From Candidatus Dormiibacterota bacterium (GTDB taxonomy: Bacteria; Chloroflexota; Dormibacteria; Aeolococcales; Bog-877), in contig DAHWNZ010000006.1 of NCBI GenBank assembly GCA_027339635.1, positions 6,500 through 70,499 of the forward strand: a stretch of DNA of 64,000 nt, written 5' to 3'. The translations under genes were made by a program, and so were the position numbers. The notes beneath the pieces were generated by a model that saw only the letters and a list, made by a program, of their open reading frames with translations, did not search any database and was not told the DNA's origin. Each line of letters starts with the position of its first letter. The stretch's first letter is position 1. Below are positions 9,429 through 19,683 of this stretch, one piece after another.

Positions 9429-10661
9429 TCAGGACGCGGGTTCGGGGTCCGCCTCCAAGATCGGGCTCAGCTCGGGACGGGTGAACAGATAGCCTGAGGC
9501 GGCAGCGCAGACAGCCCCAACCGCAAGCAGGCAGGGCACGTACCCGATCGTCGCGACCAGCAGGGCCCCGATCGCAATCGAGATGGTCTGGAACCCGCCC
9601 AGGAGCAGTCCATACGCGGCATCCACCCGCCCCTGCAGTTGAAGTGGGGTACGGCGCTGAATCAGGGTCGCGGAGCCGACGATGAGCCAAGGGAGGGAGC
9701 AACCGGCCAGGATGCTGCCGCAGACCACGACCGCCATGGGCAGTGCTCCCGCGGAAAATGCGGGGACGATGCAGATGCCGGCACCTAGAGCCAGCAGCAT
9801 GATCCCGATGGCGGTCAGCCGGGTTTCCAGGATCCGCCGCATCAGGGGCGCTGCCGAGAGGCCGCCGGCGACCGCGCCCGCACCCTGGATGGAGATCAGA
9901 ACGCCCACGAAGGCCGCCGGGCGGTGCAACCCTGCGGTGACGACCCCGAAGAAGGCGGTCTCGAGAAACCCCACCACGCCCATCACCAGCACCAGCGCGA
10001 TCATGATCCGTCGCAGGGGTAGGGTCGACCATACGTGGCGGTACCCGGCGGCCGCGTCGGCGAGCCAGTGCTGCTGAGTCGGGACGAGGACGGGCTCCTT
10101 CACCTGCAGCCATAGGAGCGTGACGACTGCCACTGCAAACGTGCCCGCGTCGAGCTCGGCGACCACCGCTCCACCGGCCAGGGTGAATAGCCCTGCCCCC
10201 ACGAGCGGAGTGACCAGTCTCAGGCCCTCCGCCATCGTGTTGAGAAAGCCATTGGCATCACCGAGCAGCTCCGACGGCACGATGGTGACCATCAGAGCGG
10301 ACTTGGCGGCGCTGATGAAGGTGGCTATGGTCCCGTAGGCGAACATGACCAGCCAGATGAGCCACACCTGCTCGCGACCGTGCACCAGGACCAGCAGCAG
10401 CACCACCAGTGCGCCGGCTATGTCGCAGGCGATCAGCAGCGGCTTGCGCCGGACCCTGTCCGCCACCAGCCCGGCCAAGGGCGAGACGACCATCTGTGGC
10501 AACGCGAAGAAGAAGAAGGTCAACCCTGCTTCGGAGTTGCTGCCCGTCAGGACCCTGACCCAGATCCCGGCGGCAAGGAACAAGAATCTGTCGCCAAAGG
10601 TGGAAAGGACCGACTGGAACAGATAAGTTCGGGAGATTCGGTCGCGCAGGAGACGGCCCAT
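9429..10661 (-). CDS. MFS transporter (efflux-like)
   Basis: About 12 TM segments, motif A GLVADRVRRK, LQGRV; start at MGRLL directly after the regulator stop. Confidence 0.88.
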   Translation of the reverse strand: MGRLLRDRISRTYLFQSVLSTFGDRFLFLAAGIWVRVLTGSNSEAGLTFFFFALPQMVVSPLAGLVADRVRRKPLLIACDIAGALVVLLLVLVHGREQVWLIWLVMFAYGTIATFISAAKSALMVTIVPSELLGDANGFLNTMAEGLRLVTPLVGAGLFTLAGGAVVAELDAGTFAVAVVTLLWLQVKEPVLVPTQQHWLADAAAGYRHVWSTLPLRRIMIALVLVMGVVGFLETAFFGVVTAGLHRPAAFVGVLISIQGAGAVAGGLSAAPLMRRILETRLTAIGIMLLALGAGICIVPAFSAGALPMAVVVCGSILAGCSLPWLIVGSATLIQRRTPLQLQGRVDAAYGLLLGGFQTISIAIGALLVATIGYVPCLLAVGAVCAAASGYLFTRPELSPILEADPEPAS

Positions 10662-10662
10662 T

Positions 10663-11298
10663 TCAGCGGGGCAAGGGGTCGGACCCACCCGGCGGGTCCG
10701 GCATAAGGTTGTCCAGCTCCAGGGGGAAAATGAACTGGAGTACCTTGATAAGCCTGGCGCCATCCGGCCGGCTCGAGCGGTCGGTGAGCCGGCCCTGGAA
10801 GCGCAGCAACACCTGCGCCAGGTCTCTCTCGATCTGCTCCAGCTCGTCTGGGGTGACGCACAGAGCGTAGTCGCCAGTCGATGCCAGGTCCCGCCACACC
10901 TTCTGGTAGGTGGCTCTGGAGTCCCTATACGCCTGGAACCGCCTCAGATTCCTCTCGATCACGATCCGTTCCAGGGCCTCGGCCGCCAGGTTCGCACCGG
11001 GATCCTCTTCGGCCTCGACCGTCATGCCCATCGAGGGAACCCGCCAGGGTCGGTTGCGCCCCGGGGCTTTGCCCGCCTCCTCCACCAAGCCATATTTGGC
11101 CAGCTGCCGCAGGTGGAAGGAACATGTGGTCGGGCTCTCTCCCAGCCGTTCCCCCGCCTCGGTTGCCGTCATTGGCCCATCCAAAGTCAACAGCTCCATC
11201 AGGGAGATGCGCAATGGGTGCGCGAGCGCACGCATCGTCGTGGCGTCGCTCAGCCGCCGGAGGGACGCCGGGGAGCTCTGCTTGTGGGAGCTTGGCAC
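10663..11298 (-). CDS. ArsR/SmtB-type winged-helix transcriptional regulator
   Basis: RALAHPLR..L, SFHLRQLAKYGLVE. Confidence 0.88.
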   Translation of the reverse strand: MPSSHKQSSPASLRRLSDATTMRALAHPLRISLMELLTLDGPMTATEAGERLGESPTTCSFHLRQLAKYGLVEEAGKAPGRNRPWRVPSMGMTVEAEEDPGANLAAEALERIVIERNLRRFQAYRDSRATYQKVWRDLASTGDYALCVTPDELEQIERDLAQVLLRFQGRLTDRSSRPDGARLIKVLQFIFPLELDNLMPDPPGGSDPLPR

Positions 11299-11301
11299 GA
11301 G

Positions 11302-11347
11302 TCGAGAGTAACCTCTCGATAGATTGTTGTCAACAGGTTTCTCTCAA
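11302..11347 (-). promoter_or_regulatory. Leaderless promoter with palindromic operator for the ArsR-MFS operon
   Basis: Minus strand TTGACA-17-TACTCT-6-GTG; perfect TCGAGAG-N4-CTCTCGA at 11302-11319 over the -10; degenerate copy at 11331-11347. Confidence 0.75.
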
Positions 11348-11591
11348 ACCATCTCGCTGGACCTGGGAGCCTAGCCAGAGTGGATCAGGCAACCACGCCC
11401 AGAGATGGGCCAGGCGCCGATGGTGATCCGGCGGGGCACAGGTGCCGGGACCGCTTTGGAAACGCGGATCCGCTCACCGGCGCCGCCGCTCGGGACCCAG
11501 CCGAGCGCCTCACAGATTCCCAACTCCGACGGCCCGAGGCGACCTGGGTCCCGCGAGCATCCCCGGAAGCTGATGTCGGTACCCGACCGGC

Positions 11592-13364
11592 TCAGTCCGG
11601 CAGTAGGCTCCTGGCCCTCAGGGCGACTCCGATGACCACTCTAGCCTCGGGATCATCCAGGGCCATCCCCAAGAGCGCCTCGATGCGCTGCACACGATAG
11701 GCCAGGGTGTTGATATGGATCCGCAACGACCTGGCGGTCGCGCTCTGATTCCAGCCATGGGAGGCCAGCCCCTCTAGAGTCGGCAGCAGAGGTGTCCGGT
11801 GGCTCTCCTGGTACCCGAGCAGGGGACCCAGGCTCTCCTCAACGAAGCGTCGCAGAACCTCTGGATCGCGCACCTCAAGCAGCAGCCGAAACGCCCCTAG
11901 CGACCGGTAGGAGGTGACTGCCGCACGTTGTTTTGCCCGATGGATGAGGCGCAGAGCCTCACGCGCCTCCTCATGCGCCCGGTGCAACCCCTGCGGCGAA
12001 CTCGTCCTGCCCCCGATTCCGACGGAGAGGGACAGGGCCTTCTCAAGACCTCCGGCCAGGGCTTGGATTCTGCGGCCCAGCTCCTCCATGGCCTCAAGGT
12101 TTCGCGTGGAACCTGTTTCCCCCGGAGGAGCGGTGGGGACCAGGAGCACAAGCGAGGTGGCCCGAACCACCAACATTGAGCCCGGAGCGACCAGGGCGCA
12201 CAGCCGCTCCAGGTCGCGCTGGAAGCGGTCCTGAAGGGGATGACCCTGCATCGCCAGCGCCGCGCGCTCGTCATCCGGCTCCAGCACGACCACCCATGCC
12301 TGCTCCGGTATCCGGTAACCCAGACGCTCGGCCGCGATGGCCAACCTCCGGATCTCCGCCGGATCCCTCTGATCCGCCAGCAATCCCTCGAGGAGGTCGC
12401 CCCTGAGGCGGCGCTCCACCTCGGCTGCCGCTCGCTCCTTCAGCAGCTCCAGAGCGATCACGGTCGCCCCGTGCTCCAGGGCGCGCCGGCGGCCCGGTGA
12501 CGCCTGGGCCAGAGACCCCTCCAGGGCCAGGACCGCCGCGAGCGCAGCCCCGGCGCGGACGGGGGTCAGGGTCATGGGCGAGCGGCCCCTCGGACCCCGC
12601 TGCTCGATCGGGGTCGAGGCTGACGAAAGCGCGGCCGGTATCGGGATCCTACGGGCAGGCAGCCCACCGCCCGCGCCGTGCTCAAAGCGAAAGCCCGCAG
12701 GGTCGTACAGCCCCACCGGGCCCTGGGCAAGGCTGGCGATGGCATCGAGGATGTTGTCCAGGCCGGCGCCCTGGAGCACGAGCTGGGTGAATCGCTCATG
12801 GACTGTCTGGGAGCGTCGGATCTCCTCAAGCTGCCCCTCCAACTGCCGTTGTAGTTCGCTGCGTTCGAGGACTCCGGCGATGGCGCCGGCGATGGCGGAG
12901 AGGAAGGCGACCTCGTCCTGCCTGAAGTCGCGGCGGGCCGAAGACTGTACGTTGAGAACCCCCACGATCCGAGGCCCGGCCTCGATGGGCACCGAAAGCA
13001 TCGAGGTGAACCGCTCCTCGTCAACTCCCTCTATCCACTTGAAGCGGGGCTCCCTGGATACCTCCGGGACCACCAGGGCTCGTCGCTCCGCGGCGACGGT
13101 TCCCGTCACCCCCTCCCCCACCCGCATGAGAAACCGCCCCACCGCCTCCTGCTGCAGGCCATTGGTCGCCGTGAGCACCAGCCCATCCTGCTCGCGGTCG
13201 TAGAGGTAGAGGGAGCAGACGTCAGCCTCCATGGCGAGGGTTGTCTCCCGGATCACCAGCTGCAGGAGATCGTCCCTCCCCATGGTCGAGGCGGCGGTGA
13301 CCGAGAGGCGCTGCAGGAACAGGAGCTCCCGAAGTTGGCGGTCCGGGGGCGTGGATGCCTGCAC
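11592..13364 (-). CDS. GAF-domain PucR/CdaR-family transcriptional regulator
   Basis: N-terminal GAF (VCSLYLYD, GEGVTG, GVLNVQ); C-terminal HTH TARSLRIHINTLAYRVQRIE. Confidence 0.88.
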   Translation of the reverse strand: MQASTPPDRQLRELLFLQRLSVTAASTMGRDDLLQLVIRETTLAMEADVCSLYLYDREQDGLVLTATNGLQQEAVGRFLMRVGEGVTGTVAAERRALVVPEVSREPRFKWIEGVDEERFTSMLSVPIEAGPRIVGVLNVQSSARRDFRQDEVAFLSAIAGAIAGVLERSELQRQLEGQLEEIRRSQTVHERFTQLVLQGAGLDNILDAIASLAQGPVGLYDPAGFRFEHGAGGGLPARRIPIPAALSSASTPIEQRGPRGRSPMTLTPVRAGAALAAVLALEGSLAQASPGRRRALEHGATVIALELLKERAAAEVERRLRGDLLEGLLADQRDPAEIRRLAIAAERLGYRIPEQAWVVVLEPDDERAALAMQGHPLQDRFQRDLERLCALVAPGSMLVVRATSLVLLVPTAPPGETGSTRNLEAMEELGRRIQALAGGLEKALSLSVGIGGRTSSPQGLHRAHEEAREALRLIHRAKQRAAVTSYRSLGAFRLLLEVRDPEVLRRFVEESLGPLLGYQESHRTPLLPTLEGLASHGWNQSATARSLRIHINTLAYRVQRIEALLGMALDDPEARVVIGVALRARSLLPD

Positions 13365-13886
13365 TCAGCGGGTCCCTTCGGTGCCCCCGCCGGGGCGCCG
13401 GACGGCTCCCGAGCGGCCTCCGCTCTTGGACTCCATCCGGACTCCACCGATCTCCGCCCAGGGGTCAAGGCTCTTGACCATGTCGATCACGGTGAGCCCA
13501 GCGACGGCGATGGCGGTGAGTGCCTCCATCTCGACTCCCGTCGCGTCCCGGCAGCGGACCGTGGCTCGCAGGAGCACGCGCTGAGTGGCACGGTCAAGGT
13601 CAGCGTCGACCGCGATGTGGCTGATCGCGATCGGGTGGCAGAGCGGAATCAGGTCATGGGTACGCTTCGCCGCCATGATGCCCGCCACCCGGCAGATCTC
13701 GAGCACGTCACCCTTGGTCACCTCCCCATCGGAGATGGCTCCGCACGCGCTCGCGCTGAGCTGCACGAAGCCGGACGCCGTCGCCTGTCTGTCGGAGACC
13801 GCGCGCTCCCCGACATCCACCATCCGCACCCTGCCGGCACGGTCAAGGTGCGAGAGCCGAGCCTGGTCGCCCCGATCCGTGCTCAC
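13365..13886 (-). CDS. moaC: Cyclic pyranopterin monophosphate synthase
   Basis: LSHLD..G..RMVDV, KGDVL, LIPLCH, TGVEMEAL, DMVK, KSGG; GTGA overlap gives the start. Confidence 0.95.
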   Translation of the reverse strand: MSTDRGDQARLSHLDRAGRVRMVDVGERAVSDRQATASGFVQLSASACGAISDGEVTKGDVLEICRVAGIMAAKRTHDLIPLCHPIAISHIAVDADLDRATQRVLLRATVRCRDATGVEMEALTAIAVAGLTVIDMVKSLDPWAEIGGVRMESKSGGRSGAVRRPGGGTEGTR

Positions 13887-14512
13887 GCCGCCGCCGCACA
13901 GGAGGCCGCAGCCTTGGGATCGGACGCTGAAGAGTAGAGGATCCCTATCGTCAGCGAATCTGGGGCCGCTGCGGAACAGGCGAAGCGGAGGTCTCGCCCG
14001 GGAGCGATCAGGGCGAGGTTGAAGGCCGGACGCAGGCCATGGGAGATGAGCTGGGGGAGCAGCTGGGGCAGGCCGAGCTGCCCCACCCACAGCCCGTGAA
14101 AAGTCAAATCGACTATTGAGCCGCCGCCGGAGTTCAGGGTCACCGGCCCGCTTATCACCAGCGGATGGGACAGGACTGCCGTCTGTCCACTCACGACCAC
14201 CTCGCCTCGTTCGATGTGAACCTGAAGATCCGCCAGGCCGACATACCCGCCCAGGGATTGCTGCAGCAGGGCCGTGGCCTCCTGGTCGTCAATCTGCACC
14301 AGGGCGACGGGGGTTTGCGTCGCCAGCGCCTGTTCGATCCCGCGCGCCGCCGACAGCTGCACCGTCGCCGCCGAAGCCGGGGACACCTGCTGGTAGGCCG
14401 GGGGAGTCGTCATCAGGTGCACCCCGTAGGCGATCGCGGCCGCGACTATCAGCACCGGCACCAGGCAACCGAGACAACTCATGGTGCAGCTGCGGCGCAC
14501 CATCCGCAGCAC
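13883..14512 (-). CDS. Hypothetical membrane-anchored protein
   Basis: N-terminal TM helix, then beta-rich domain; tightly packed in operon. Confidence 0.6.
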   Translation of the reverse strand: MLRMVRRSCTMSCLGCLVPVLIVAAAIAYGVHLMTTPPAYQQVSPASAATVQLSAARGIEQALATQTPVALVQIDDQEATALLQQSLGGYVGLADLQVHIERGEVVVSGQTAVLSHPLVISGPVTLNSGGGSIVDLTFHGLWVGQLGLPQLLPQLISHGLRPAFNLALIAPGRDLRFACSAAAPDSLTIGILYSSASDPKAAASCAAAA

Positions 14513-14513
14513 C

Positions 14514-15023
14514 TCAGATCACCTCGGCGACGCCGCTGCGCCAGGCGCGCACGGCCATGCGGTGCGACGAGAAAGCGAGCTCGGGCAGCTCGTCGCTGCC
14601 AAACCAGCCCAGTTCCGGCGCCTCCTCCGTCGGGGCGGGCGTGCCTCCCACGAACGGCCCCCCGTAGGCGAGAACCAAGAGCCCGCCCTCAGAGGTCATC
14701 ACGTGGTGGATGCAGGCCAGCCGTTCGATCTCCACAAGGCAGTTCGTCTCCTCGAGGCATTCCCGTCTGGCCCCGTCGGCGGGGGTCTCACCAGCATCCA
14801 GGTACCCCCCCGGCAGGGCCCACTGCCCGAGCCCCGGGGCTATCCCCCGACGGATGGCGAGCAAACGCCCCTCTTCATCCTCGACGACCACCGCGACGGC
14901 CACCTTGGGATCGGGCCACGCGACGAATTCGCACGCCGGGCACGCCGGCAATCCGCGACCCTCCAGAAGCCGCTCCACCAGGCGCGCTCCACAGCCGGGG
15001 CAGAAGCGATACTCGACCCTCAT
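14514..15023 (-). CDS. NUDIX hydrolase with N-terminal zinc ribbon
   Basis: FCPGCG..CPAC; Nudix box GGYLDAGETPADGARRECLEETN; ATGA overlap. Confidence 0.9.
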   Translation of the reverse strand: MRVEYRFCPGCGARLVERLLEGRGLPACPACEFVAWPDPKVAVAVVVEDEEGRLLAIRRGIAPGLGQWALPGGYLDAGETPADGARRECLEETNCLVEIERLACIHHVMTSEGGLLVLAYGGPFVGGTPAPTEEAPELGWFGSDELPELAFSSHRMAVRAWRSGVAEVI

Positions 15024-15316
15024 TGGTCCCACACAATGCGCAGGATTTTGACCTCGCGGGAGAACCCCGCCAGCGCCCTGACGCGCGCGGCCACATAACG
15101 ACCGTCCCCTGGGCGCAGCAAGATTGCGCCCTCTGAACTCTCGGGAACGACCCGCCCGGGGCCCCGGCGGTGGACCGTGATCGGTTCGGCTAGGCGCTGG
15201 CGCAGGAAATCCGCGAAGTCCGCGTCCTCGGACTCCACGTGACCGTCCTCCCGGACGACCGCGACCCTGCCATCTCGCTCGAGCTCCCAGCCCAGCACGT
15301 CGGTTCTCTGGGTCAA
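15020..15316 (-). CDS. Hypothetical protein (~98 aa)
   Basis: TTG after GAGGGG; stop coupled to NUDIX start. Confidence 0.5.
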   Translation of the reverse strand: MTQRTDVLGWELERDGRVAVVREDGHVESEDADFADFLRQRLAEPITVHRRGPGRVVPESSEGAILLRPGDGRYVAARVRALAGFSREVKILRIVWDQ

Positions 15317-15356
15317 AGCCCCTCGATGATACGGCCCCCAGAGCCGAGGACCCGGC

Positions 15357-16595
15357 TCAGGAGGGCCGAAGCTGGCCCAGGTGATCGCTATTCCAATCGG
15401 GCGAGTCCTCCAGGGCCGCGGTCCCCCGCGCGATGGCAGACCCGCCAAAGCGTCGCCGGAGCTCGTCCATGGCTCGGTCCACCCGCTCCGAGCGGCGCTC
15501 CACTTGGTCGAACAGCCCCATCTGCGAATCGAGCCGCGCCAGCTGCTCCACCCCTACTCCCAGCAGCCTCACCGGCCGCCCGGCTGGGACGGTGGCCCTC
15601 AGCAGCGGCCGCGCGGCCCGGAAGATTTCGACGTCGGCGCAGGTGGGCTGGCCCAGGGGACCCCTTCTAGCGACGGTCTCGAAGTCCGCGAACCGGACCT
15701 TGATGGCAACCGTCGCGGCGGTGAGACCGTTGGTCCGGAGGCGGCTTCCGACGCCCGCCGCTAGCAAACGGAGCCTCTCCTCAAGGATGGCCTCGTCCGC
15801 CACGTCCTCATCGAAGGTCGTCTCCCTGCTGATCGATTTGGGCGCCGTGGGCACCACCACCGGAGCGGGGTCCACTCCCCGCGCGCGCGCCCTCAAGCCC
15901 TCGCCACCCGGGCCCAGAACCTCGACCAGAAGAGAGGTCGGGGCCGCGGCCAGTGCCCCCAGGGTGTGGATCCCCAAGAGACGCAGGCGTTCGGTGGTCT
16001 TGGGCCCAGCCCCGGGCAGGCGTGCCACCGGCAGCGGAGCCAGAAAGCGCTCTTCGTCGCCTGGATGGACTACCACCAGGCCGCGCGGCTTACGCAGGTC
16101 CGAGGCTATCTTGGCGACGGTCTTGGAGGTGGCCACGCCCACCGAGGCGGGGAGGCTTAGCTCGCTAGCTATCCTGCCCTGGATCTCGCGGGCAATGTCC
16201 GGGCCGCTCCCGTGGAGGAGTTCGCAGCCACTCACGTCCAGAAAGGCCTCGTCCAGAGAGCCCGGCTCCACCAGCGGCGTGTAGTCGGAAAAGATGCCGA
16301 AAACCTCCTTGGAGACCGCCGCATAGTGCCCGATGTCAACCGGCAGCACGATCAACTCAGGACAGCGGCGGAAGGCCTCGGACAGGGACACGGCCGAGCG
16401 CACTCCCCGTGGCCTGGCCTCGTAGGAAGCGGCGGCGACCACGCCACGGCCGGGGCGCCGCCTCTCTCCGGGGTGGGACTCGACGCCTCCTCCGACCGCC
16501 AGCGGTCGACCGGCCAGCTCTGGCCGCCGCCTCAGCTCGCAGGAAGCGAAGAAAGCGTCCAGATCAACGTGGAGGATGGTGCGCGGGTACGGCAA
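15357..16595 (-). CDS. dinB: DNA polymerase IV
   Basis: HVDLDAFFAS, ASYEAR, SLDEAFLD, AKIASD..KP, KSISRETTF, VRLLGV. Confidence 0.95.
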   Translation of the reverse strand: MPYPRTILHVDLDAFFASCELRRRPELAGRPLAVGGGVESHPGERRRPGRGVVAAASYEARPRGVRSAVSLSEAFRRCPELIVLPVDIGHYAAVSKEVFGIFSDYTPLVEPGSLDEAFLDVSGCELLHGSGPDIAREIQGRIASELSLPASVGVATSKTVAKIASDLRKPRGLVVVHPGDEERFLAPLPVARLPGAGPKTTERLRLLGIHTLGALAAAPTSLLVEVLGPGGEGLRARARGVDPAPVVVPTAPKSISRETTFDEDVADEAILEERLRLLAAGVGSRLRTNGLTAATVAIKVRFADFETVARRGPLGQPTCADVEIFRAARPLLRATVPAGRPVRLLGVGVEQLARLDSQMGLFDQVERRSERVDRAMDELRRRFGGSAIARGTAALEDSPDWNSDHLGQLRPS

Positions 16596-16613
16596 CGGCG
16601 ATTCCTCAACGCT

Positions 16614-18404
16614 TCAGCTGGGATCCCCCAGGGTGGCGGAAATCAGCTGCTCCACCGGCTCCATCCTATGCCTCAGGGATGCCTCGAGCTCCGCCGCCAG
16701 GAGCCCCAGTTCCTCCCGGATTGCCCCTAGCGCATGCTCTCGGGTCACGACGAACGGCTCGCCTGAGCGCCGCTTCAATTCGACCCCTCCGGCATCCAGG
16801 GAGCGCGGGGAGATGGTCACCCGAAGCGGCATGCCGCGCAGGTCGGCGTCGGCGAACTTCACCCCGGGGCTGATATCCCGATCGTCATAGAGAACCTCGA
16901 TGCCGAAGGCCACCATCTCCTCATAGAGGGCGTCGGCCGCGGCCCGGACATCCTCACGGCCTCCGACCGCCACCAGGGCGACCGCGAAGGGGGCGAGAGA
17001 GATGGGCAGGGCCAGGCCACGCTCGTCGTGGTGTTCCTCAGCCGCGCAGGCCAGCATCCTTCCCAGGCCTATCCCATAGGAGCCCATGACGACCAGGCGC
17101 TCGCGCCCCTCCTCATCGGCATAGGTCGCGCCCATTGCCCGGCTGTAATCGGTACCGAGCTGAAAGATATTGCCGAACTCTATCCCGCGACGCAACTGCA
17201 GCTTTCCAGGGCAATTTGGGCAGGGCTCGCCGTCCTGGGCAGAGGCCAGCCTGGCAAGGCGCGCGTCCGCCGCGTCGCGGAGGAGGTTGAAGTTACGAAC
17301 ATGCCAGCCGGGACGGTTGGCACCAGTGACCAGATTGCGTCGCCTGGCAAGGACCTCGTCCGCGACCACCGTCACCCCCTGCAGGCCCAGTGGAGACATG
17401 TATCCGGGTACCCCGCCGGAAGCGGCGATCTCCTCGGCCGTGGCCGGGCGCAGCTCCAGGGCCGAGGTGGCGTTGCGCAACTTCGCCAGGTTGACCTCGG
17501 AGTTACCCGGCACCAGCGCCAGGACCAGCTCGCCCTCCTGGTCACGGGCCCGCTGGACCCAGTAGGCGACACTCTTTGAGATCCGCTCCGGGGCGATCTC
17601 GAGGAGTCGCGACACGTCGGCCACAGTCGTGGCCGATGGGGTCTCGACCTCCTCCAGCGGCAGCTCCGGCTCGGTCTCCGGCTCTGGCAGGCGGGGTTCA
17701 GCCACCTCCTGGTTGGCGGCGTAGCCACAGTCCGCACAGAAGATCAGGGTGTCCTCGCCGACGTCTGACAGATACATGAACTCATGGGCCATCCGACCCC
17801 CCATCATGCCCACGTCTGAGAGCACGGCCGCCACCGGCAATCCCGCCCTTGAGGCGATGCGGAAGTAGGCCCGGAAGTGGAGGCGGTAAGCCCTGCCGAG
17901 GCCTTCCTCGTCCCGATCCAGGGAGTAGGCGTCCTTCATCACGAACTCTCTGGTTCGGATCAACCCGCCGCGAGAGCGGGGCTCGTCGCGGAACTTGGTC
18001 TGAATCTGATAGACGATGCGCGGCAGGTCTCGGTACGACGAGACCTGGGAAGCGGTCAGGTCGGCCACCACCTCCTCATGGGTCATCGCGAGCGCCATGT
18101 CCCGCCCGCGACGATCCTGGAAGCGGACCAGGGTGGCATCCACCTTGTCCCAGCGCCCGCTGCGCCGCCAGATCTCGCCCGGATGGACCACAGGCATGGA
18201 GATCTCCTGCCCCCCGATCGCATCCATCTCCTGGCGCAGGATGGTCCTGATCTTCTCCATGGACCGTGCCCCGAGGGGCAGCAGGCTGAATATGCCCGCC
18301 GCCAGCTGCTGTATGTATCCCGCCCGCAGAAGCAGCTGATGGGAGACGAGCTCTCCCTCAGGGGCAGAGCGCAAGGTGGTGCCGAACATCTGAGTGACGC
18401 GCAT
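16614..18404 (-). CDS. proS: Proline--tRNA ligase with editing insert
   Basis: SHQLLLRAGYI, THEE, KFRDEPR, REFVMKDAYS, GNIFQLG, MGSYGIG, GVKFADADL. Confidence 0.96.
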   Translation of the reverse strand: MRVTQMFGTTLRSAPEGELVSHQLLLRAGYIQQLAAGIFSLLPLGARSMEKIRTILRQEMDAIGGQEISMPVVHPGEIWRRSGRWDKVDATLVRFQDRRGRDMALAMTHEEVVADLTASQVSSYRDLPRIVYQIQTKFRDEPRSRGGLIRTREFVMKDAYSLDRDEEGLGRAYRLHFRAYFRIASRAGLPVAAVLSDVGMMGGRMAHEFMYLSDVGEDTLIFCADCGYAANQEVAEPRLPEPETEPELPLEEVETPSATTVADVSRLLEIAPERISKSVAYWVQRARDQEGELVLALVPGNSEVNLAKLRNATSALELRPATAEEIAASGGVPGYMSPLGLQGVTVVADEVLARRRNLVTGANRPGWHVRNFNLLRDAADARLARLASAQDGEPCPNCPGKLQLRRGIEFGNIFQLGTDYSRAMGATYADEEGRERLVVMGSYGIGLGRMLACAAEEHHDERGLALPISLAPFAVALVAVGGREDVRAAADALYEEMVAFGIEVLYDDRDISPGVKFADADLRGMPLRVTISPRSLDAGGVELKRRSGEPFVVTREHALGAIREELGLLAAELEASLRHRMEPVEQLISATLGDPS

Positions 18405-18445
18405 GGAGCACAAGTGTACGAGCGCCGTCCGCCGTCCTGGGAGCG

Positions 18446-19183
18446 CTACGCCCGACTCGCCTCCACCAGCCGGGGAAGCTCCTCCCAGGTGCCCAGTTGG
18501 GGCTGGTACGACCCGGGGGGCAGGGCTCCCGGGGCAGCGATCGCGGTCATACCCATCGCGGTCGCTCCCTTGAGATCCGCCTCCATCTCGTCGCCAACGA
18601 ACCAGCACCTGGAGGCCGCCACCCCGAGCTGAGACAGCAGCGCTCGAAACACCTCCGGTGAGGGCTTGCGCCAGCCCACCTCACTGCTCAGGACGATCGT
18701 GTCGAAGCTTTGGGCGAGCCCCTGGCGCTCAAACATCGCACGCATAGTCTTGGCCGGATACGGAGCGTTCGACAGCATGCCCAGGCGGAGTCCCTGGCGC
18801 CTCAGCAGGGGCAGGGTGGCGACCGCCCCTCGGTCCGCCTCCACCGATCCTCCCCATGCCCCCTGCAGGACCTCGCAGGCCAGCTCCACCTGGCTCTCGC
18901 GAATGGTCTTGCCCAGCAGCCCGCGCAGCACCTGGCCGTAGATGTCGAGGATCTGCACCTCGTGCCTGGGGTCCCGGTTGTGAGCCTCATCCACGAGCCG
19001 GTCCACCTCCTCCTCGACCCGGTTGCCGAAATCGCTCTCCGGTACTGGGAGGTGGCTACTGTCCACCTCAAGCAACGTCAGCACGGCCTGGCCGGCCGCG
19101 ACCAGAGCGCCGCCTGGATGCACGATCCTGGCGAGTGTCCTCCCGTAGTCGAAGCCGATGGCGTCCGGCGCCGGGAGGGTCAA
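18446..19183 (-). CDS. HAD-family hydrolase
   Basis: FDYGRTL, LSN, RKPSP, VGD...D..GA. Confidence 0.85.
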   Translation of the reverse strand: MTLPAPDAIGFDYGRTLARIVHPGGALVAAGQAVLTLLEVDSSHLPVPESDFGNRVEEEVDRLVDEAHNRDPRHEVQILDIYGQVLRGLLGKTIRESQVELACEVLQGAWGGSVEADRGAVATLPLLRRQGLRLGMLSNAPYPAKTMRAMFERQGLAQSFDTIVLSSEVGWRKPSPEVFRALLSQLGVAASRCWFVGDEMEADLKGATAMGMTAIAAPGALPPGSYQPQLGTWEELPRLVEASRA

Positions 19184-19683
19184 GTCGCGGGGACTCCTCC
19201 GCCCGCGCCCCCTCTCGGCCGCCGCCGTCGCCGCCGTCGCTTAGCCCCGCCCGGTGCCGGGGCGGTCCCGTTGGTGGCGGGGGCCGCCGGGACCGGGGCT
19301 GCCTTGAGGCGGCGTGGCTGCGGGCTTTTGAGCTGCGGCGCCACCGGGGACGTCTGTCGCGCCGGCCCCTGGCCGCGACGGCGTCTGCGTCTGGGGCGGG
19401 CTGGCCCGGGCGAGGAGAAGTGAGCCAGAAGTTGCTCCTGGCGCCCAGGATCCCAGCTGGGCGTGGGCAGCTCTCCATAGTCGCTGAGTCGCAACTCCAG
19501 CTCGGCCATGAACTCGGCCAGCGGCCTCTTGTCCTTGGAGGCGTTGGAGATCTGCTTCTCCGCCCAGGGCTGATAGTGGACCGACTCAGGGTTGAGGAAC
19601 TCCGGCAGAGCTCCGGGGTCACTCCCAGCGGGGCCCGGGGCGGGCTCACCCGCTGCCTCAGTCGGAGGATCGGCTTCGGCCAT
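19180..19683 (-). CDS. Hypothetical protein with Arg-rich disordered C-terminus
   Basis: TATACT 6 nt upstream of ATG; stop overlaps HAD start (TTGA). Confidence 0.65.
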   Translation of the reverse strand: MAEADPPTEAAGEPAPGPAGSDPGALPEFLNPESVHYQPWAEKQISNASKDKRPLAEFMAELELRLSDYGELPTPSWDPGRQEQLLAHFSSPGPARPRRRRRRGQGPARQTSPVAPQLKSPQPRRLKAAPVPAAPATNGTAPAPGGAKRRRRRRRPRGGAGGGVPAT

